Part shown: positions 58,101 to 64,000 of the stretch, piece by piece
Numbering within the stretch: the stretch's first letter is position 1
Layout: each line of letters opens with the position of its first letter
From: the human T2T-CHM13v2.0 reference genome, Homo sapiens
DNA length: 64,000 nucleotides
Direction: 5' to 3' (one strand)
NCBI RefSeq assembly: GCF_009914755.1
Contig: NC_060939.1
Translations under genes and position numbers: made by a program
The notes under the pieces: model-generated
Seen by the model: the letters and a program-made list of their open reading frames with translations, nothing else
Databases searched by the model: none
What the model was told of the DNA's origin: nothing

Positions 58101-58359
58101 GTCAATCTTTTATAAATGACGTGGGTCCTCCTATAGAAATAAGAACTTGGAAAATTGCCTTCTGTTGCAGGATAGGAAATCCAGTGTCTGTGGATCTTGA
58201 TTACTTTGGCCTATAGTGTGGTGAGTATGGACACAATGGAAGGTGATCCCAGGTAGCAAGGGAAAGATGGCATCCACCAAAAGCAGGCCACGTGGCCGAG
58301 GGCACGTGGGAAATCATACCTCTTGGGAAACCCTAAGTGGAAAAGGAGAAAATTCTATT

Positions 58360-58802
58360 ATGGCGGAGCCAAGCTATCTATCTTCCAGAGCCATTTCTTC
58401 TTCTTCTTTTAACACAACAGCTGGGCTACAAGTTCCATCCTCCCTTGCAGTTATGTGTGAACATGTGACTGAGTTTTGATAAATGAGATGGGGTTGGAAA
58501 TGACATGTGCCACTTTCAGACCTGTCACATAAAACCCTCCTGTGAGAGGTCCTCTGTATTTTTTTTCAGTTAGCTTAAGGCAGATGAACATGTTGATCTT
58601 GGAGGGTACATGAGAAAAGGAAAGCCACAAGAGAGGAGTAACTGGGTTATTGAATAACCACTTAGAGAAGCCCTGCCCATCAATTAAGAATATCTCTTTA
58701 GGACCTTCTATGAATTTTTAAAAACCCTCTTTTTTGATTGGGCCATTCATATGTTTTTTTGGGGGGTGGTTGTTTTAGTGGGTAACATTATCTTAACTCA
58801 CC
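58360..58802 (+). mobile_element. MLT1J-like MaLR LTR
   Basis: CCTCCCTTGCAGTTA...CATGTGACTGAGTT...ATGTGCCACTTTCAG. Confidence 0.6.
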
Positions 58803-58845
58803 TGTATACCTTACAAACTTGTCTATTTACCAATTAGTCTCATGT

Positions 58846-59187
58846 TGTATTAGTCTGTTCTCATGCTGCTAATAAAGACATACTTGAGACTGGGTAATTT
58901 ATAAAGGAAAGAGGATTAATGGACTCACAGTTCCACATGGCTGGGGAGTCTTCACACTCATGGCAGAAGGCAAAGGAGAAGGAAAGGCGGCAGGCAAGAG
59001 AGCTTGTGCAGGGGAACTCCCATTTATCAAGGCATCAGATCTCACGAGAGTTATTCACTACCACAAGAACAGTATGGGGGAAACCACCCCCATGATTCAA
59101 TGATCTCCACCTGGCCCTGCCCTTGACAGGTGGGGATTACTACAATTCAAGGTGAGATTTGGGTGGGGACACAGCCAAACCACATTA
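58846..59187 (-). mobile_element. THE1 (B/C) MaLR solo LTR
   Basis: TGTATTAGTCTGTTCTCATGCTGCTAATAAAGACATAC...GAGATTTGGGTGGGGACACAGCCAAACC. Exact TSD CATGT (58841-58845 and 59188-59192). Confidence 0.93.
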
Positions 59188-60302
59188 CATGTCATGGTAA
59201 AACTTGGAATTCTGGAGATATGTGCAAAGTTTATGTCTTGGTTCTAACTTACCGTATGAGCAACTTGGGAGGAAGCTGGATCACCAGGCGCAGAGAATCA
59301 GTCCCTGAGATACAGGCGCCCCACCTCGCATGGTGACACCTCGTTCCTTCCACCCCAGTTCAACCTTACAGTGTTTGCGCGTTATTTTATTAATGGAGGC
59401 AAGAAGTTTGTATGTAAGTTATGCTAACTTACCTATGTTCCCTTTCTTTATCTCTTTTTCTTTGGCCAAATGAACTCATTTACTAGATCTGGGGAATTAA
59501 TCTGTACTTATGTAGCAGAATGAAGGGAACTGGGGTATATGACAATTATAGCTATTAATCTTACCATACCTGAAACATTAGTTGAGCAGATACTTCCTAG
59601 GGTGAGATATCTGTGAGAACAGAGACCTTACTGACCTATTTACAACCGCATCTCCAGTTCTTGACCTGAAGTGGCTACCTAATAAATATCTCCCAATTAT
59701 ATTAACACAGTGCTTCCAATAATGAAGCCAATCATGGATAAATTGGGGAGAACACTGACAATAAAACGAACAGAAAATCTTAGTCTTTATCGCCTGGAAT
59801 GTGGTGGATGCTTTCTTTCAATATAACAGAACCAAATACTGTAGTGGGAATATGAATTAATAGTCATTCAAAAATGAATATAATGTCTCATTCTAGATCA
59901 AAGCCACACCCTCAATTTAATTCCTGGTTATTGATTTATTTTCAAATAGTTGAGCAGATGCTGGATATATCTATAGAATGAAACTTGCTAAATTTAACTA
60001 CGTTGTCACTTAACCCTCTGTGTGTGTGCGTTTGTGTGTATAGGAATCTGACTGGTCTTGTATCTGATTCAGAAAAATCTAGTCCTGGCTTTGAGTGAAA
60101 ATGGAAGGTAGGCAATTGTCTTGGAGGAATGATTTGTGGGAGGCTCCATAAAGCTCCAAGCCCTAAAGCATCTCCCTGACTTGGCTTTAAATGATCCCTG
60201 AAACAGGGAGATTTTTATTCCTTTGATTTATTTCATTATCCCCATTAGGTTTACCGGGAGGAATAGTATGTTACATAGGTATGAGTAATTAATGCATTTG
60301 TG

Positions 60303-60531
60303 TGGTGGTTCTCAACCAGGGCCAAGTTTGTATTTTGCAACATCTGTAGATATTTTTGGTTGTCACAACTGGGGCTGAGAGTGGTGGGGTGGTTATGCTA
60401 CTTGTCTCTAGCGGGTAGAGACCAGGAATACTGCTAAACATCTTGCAATATATGGGACGGCTCCCTCTTTCCCATTAAAAAAATAATTATCTGCCCCAAA
60501 ATACCAATAGTGCTGAGCTTGAGAAAGCCTG
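60303..60531. mobile_element. MER20 hAT-Charlie
   Basis: GTGGTTCTCAACC...TTTTGGTTGTCACAACTGGGG...GGGTAGAGACCAGG..CTGCTAAACATC...AATAGTGCTGAGCTTGAGAAAGCCTG. Confidence 0.85.
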
Positions 60532-61494
60532 CATTAGGGTGAAGTAACTCGTTGATAGATTCTTTTGAGAAGATAGTTAACACAGTGGAGGTTTTGAGAG
60601 AGAGCGTGTGGGGTGGACAGAAAGGCATAAATTTAAAATTGTGGAATGGGAGGATGAATGCTGGGATACCTTTACACCCCAGAGACTCCTGGCTAACATA
60701 TGTGAATTGAAAGGGAAAAAATTACTCCTTCTTGGGAAATATGCCAACTGTAGAGCTGTTCTTTTAAAATGTCATGGTGCCGTCTTAAGTTAACAAAGGT
60801 CAGCAGTCGTGTGGGTAGGGGAAAGGGCAGGGATCTTGAACTGAAGTCCACACTGGCCTCTTTTATATGCCTCACTCTATCCTGGAGCATGAGGGACACC
60901 TTTAGAAGAGCTTCGTGCCCTACCTGAGTTTTCTGAGGGCACACCTGTCCTCTGAGACTCCTGGGCATGTTTCCAGCAGATGAACATACACTACCACTTT
61001 CTCTCTCATTCTTCATCTTCAGAGTCTGCCACACTGTCAAAAATGGAAAGTTGGCTTCTTTTTTTTTAAATTTTATTATTATTATACGTTAAGCATGAAG
61101 ATCTCCTATTGACTCCAGTTTGACATCACAGAACATCATTAGGTTATGGAACTGGAAGGAGCCTGAAAAATCGTGTCTTCTTATTTTCTTAATTGAAACA
61201 TGAGGAAAGCAAGTGGGGTCCAGGGAAAGTAAATGGCTTCTCTAAAATCATTATGGAAAAATTAGGATTAGAACTGGATTTACCACCTCCAAGTCTGATG
61301 TTTCTCTATTCTCTATCATGTAATTTTTTGTAGAAACACCTGAGTAAGAGAGAAACTCACTAAAATCTTTGAGAGATTTTGCAGTTTAAATGCTTGGTAT
61401 AGATTTTTTTCTTTTTCACTGTCATGCATTCCAAATTCAGTTTTTAGAAACAAGATTTTCAATGCTTTTTATTGATCTCCTATTGAGATTGGTT

Positions 61495-62120
61495 TGCATT
61501 CTAGTCACTATTGCTGGTAAGAAATTATCCTGATCTCAGTGGCTTGAAACAGCCATTTTATTTTTCTCACATTTTGGTGGTCAGGCATTTGGAAATAAGT
61601 CATCAGGGCAGTTCTTTCCTGGTGTCTCTTGTATGGTTGCAGTCAGAAGTTGGCTGGGGTTGCAATTATCTGAAACCTCAATTGGTCTGGACATTTAAGA
61701 TTGCTCCCTTCCATTATTTGGTTGACATTTAATGCCAATTGATCCCAGTTCAGCTGAGAGCTTAATTGACTGTCTACTGGACCACCATATGGGTCTTTCC
61801 GTATGGCAAGACCCATACTGGGCTTTGTTATGGCATGGCTTCCTTATGGTAGTCAGTCCTCTTACATGGAGACTTAGGGCTTCAGATGCAAGTATCCCAG
61901 TGACCTGATGCCTATTTCTTAATCATCAAGCTGTACCCCAGGATTGCTTTGCTTTTCATGACCTACTCTTGAAAGGTAAGCAATGTCACTTCCATTGCAT
62001 TCTATTTGGTAATAAGAGAGTTACTGAAATTGGCTAAGATTCAAGAGTAGTTGACATGGATACCATCTCTTGGTGGTACACATGACAAAGCATTTGTGGA
62101 CAAGTTTTAAAATCATCACA
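61495..62120 (-). mobile_element. MLT1 (E/F/G-like) MaLR LTR
   Basis: CTCAGTGGCTTGAAACAGCCATTTTATTT...TGTCACTTCCATTGCATTCTATT...TTTTAAAATCATCACA. Confidence 0.65.
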
Positions 62121-62410
62121 GTTTGGATTTTACAGTCAAAAAGTTTCCACTAAATAAATACTAATTTGGCTATTTTACAATGTCCTATTTTTTTTAAACT
62201 TGCTATATTTCAAAATTCAATTTGTAAAATAGTAAGAAAGTTTATGTTTGCTTTTGAGTAAATTATTCAACTTCTCTTGGCCTCAATTTCCTTATCGTTA
62301 TGATAAGAATAATGATATCTAAATTTTAGGATGAGAATTTTGTTTTAAGAATTAAGCAGTAAATGGTGTCTGAAACAAGGTAGACACCGAATGGTAATAA
62401 TCATAATATT

Positions 62411-62709
62411 GGCCAGGTGCGGTGGCTCACGCCTGTAAATCCCAGCACTTTGGGAGGCTGAGGTGGGTGAATTGCTTGAGCTCAGGAGTTCAAGGCCAGC
62501 CTGGGCAACATGGTGGAAATCCTGTCTCTACCAAAAATACAAAAATGAGCAAGGTGTGGTGGTGCACTCCTGTAGTCCCAGCTACTCGGGAGGCTGAGGT
62601 AGGAGGATCCTGGGAAGGTGGGCTGCAGTCCAGTTGAGGCTTCGGTGAGTTGTGATCCTGCCAGCCTGGGTGACAGAGCAAGACCATGTCTCGAAAAAAA
62701 AAAAAAAAA
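62411..62709 (+). mobile_element. AluJ-like element with an altered right arm
   Basis: GCTTGAGCTCAGGAGTTC...GGAGGATC J-type features, polyA, TSD AATCATAA..TT. Confidence 0.9.
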
Positions 62710-64000
62710 TCATAACGTTGTCTACATGGGATGCCAGTTCATATCCTGATGCCTATTTCTTAACCCTCAAATTGTACAGAACATCTCTGAAAACAGCGCT
62801 TCAGATTGGGGTAGGGAAGACCATTACCCACTACTTTAAAGAGTACCCGAGTAGCGGAGTACCCACAAGACAACAGGAGTCCCTGAAACGAGAGGCGCAA
62901 AGACAGCAGGGTCGAATCATTCCTGCTTCATAATTCTGCTTTAGACTAGCTTGCTGAGAATGAGCTGGGTAGAGGACAAGGAAAAGGGCATCTCCCCAGT
63001 GTTTTTGGAATGAAGGTGACTTGTAGAGGCAGGGAGGAGCCTCCCTGTCCTGAATGCTCTTAATTGTCCATGTATGTTTTGGAGGTGGTGGATTCAGAGG
63101 GGATGAAGGTAGCAAGTGGCAGCTGCTGGTTGAAGGAAGAAGGCGGCAACCCATTTCCTTGACGACGGTGTGAGCCTTGGGTGGTAGACACCTGGAAGTG
63201 TTATTTACTTGCTATGTTTAGAATCCTTTTAGAAAAGCTGAAAACTGTTTGCCACTTCCTTTCAGAAATCCTTAATTCTAACCTGCAAGTTTTGTGCTAT
63301 AATTTGTCAACTGTGCTTGGGAAAGACTTCATAGACTTCCTAGAAATAGAGATGGAGCCTGCTTTCCAATCAGCATCATTTAAAAGAAAACAGAGAACCT
63401 TTTAGGCATGTGAGGTTGTTGATTGCTAGCATTATTATGATGACCGGAGACTTTGCAATTTATAGAGAGACCACGAACGTGCCGGGCATTGTTGACAAAG
63501 CACAGGATTCAAAATTGTTTCTGCCCAGAGCATGCAATCTCACCCTCTTGAGATGTTTTGTTTATTTTTTTTCTCTCTCCTTAAGAGTATTCTGCTAAAT
63601 TGGGAACATTGTGATCCTGGTGGAAAATTGATCTCATAAGATGTATCTCAAAGGATCTTCAGACCTATTTTTAGATTATTCACCTTTTGTCTGTCATGGC
63701 CATCGCCTATTTATTTATCAACATTTTACTGAGCGTTTAGTGTGACCCAGGCAGTAAGCTAAACATTCCTACATTTATTATGGTATTTCTAACCCAACTG
63801 TCCATGAGTTAGGTACAAGTATTAGTCCAATAATGTGGGTGAGGAAATTGGGTGTTACAGAGGTTATGGAAATTAGCCTAAAGTTGATCTGAATTAAACT
63901 TACATTTTTAACCCCTTCTCTTCTGTCTTTCTCTCCCTGTCTCCCTCTACCTCTCTCTTTCTGTGCCTCAGCCTCACTAGCCTTCTGAATGTCCCTCAAC

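Noticed and set aside
59093-59103. DUX4 site in the THE1 LTR
   Set aside because: It reads TGATTCAATGA rather than TGATTCAATTA, so one homeobox half-site is broken.

Overview
Primate (human-like) genomic DNA dominated by interspersed repeats. The only host coding sequence I recognise is the first coding exon of AGBL1 (cytosolic carboxypeptidase 4, CCP4). It lies at 10740-10790 on the + strand, encodes MAEQEASGLQVLLHTLQ, and has a strong Kozak context and a GT donor inside a modestly CpG-rich promoter region. Everything from 10791 to the end of the window reads as intron 1; I found no exon 2. The rest is nested transposon material: old L1M, a truncated L1PA, a full-length ~8 kb L1MA with its target-site duplication (TSD), ten Alus, MaLR/ERV solo LTRs, hAT and Tigger DNA transposons, and MIR/L2/CR1 relics. 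Almost all ORFs in the supplied track are repeat-derived or spurious. I see no evidence of a new multi-gene system. The best second-look items are: (i) well-formed minus-strand exons suggesting a spliced antisense lncRNA in intron 1; (ii) templated inverted duplications and filler insertions inside old L1/LTR copies, including a 237-bp inverted self-copy; (iii) a poly(T)-created cryptic acceptor that would join AGBL1 exon 1 in frame to a short transmembrane-like peptide; (iv) upstream ORFs and a G-quadruplex motif at the AGBL1 5' end. Gene and repeat family names come from my recall of known sequences, not from a search. Boundaries of old repeats are approximate.
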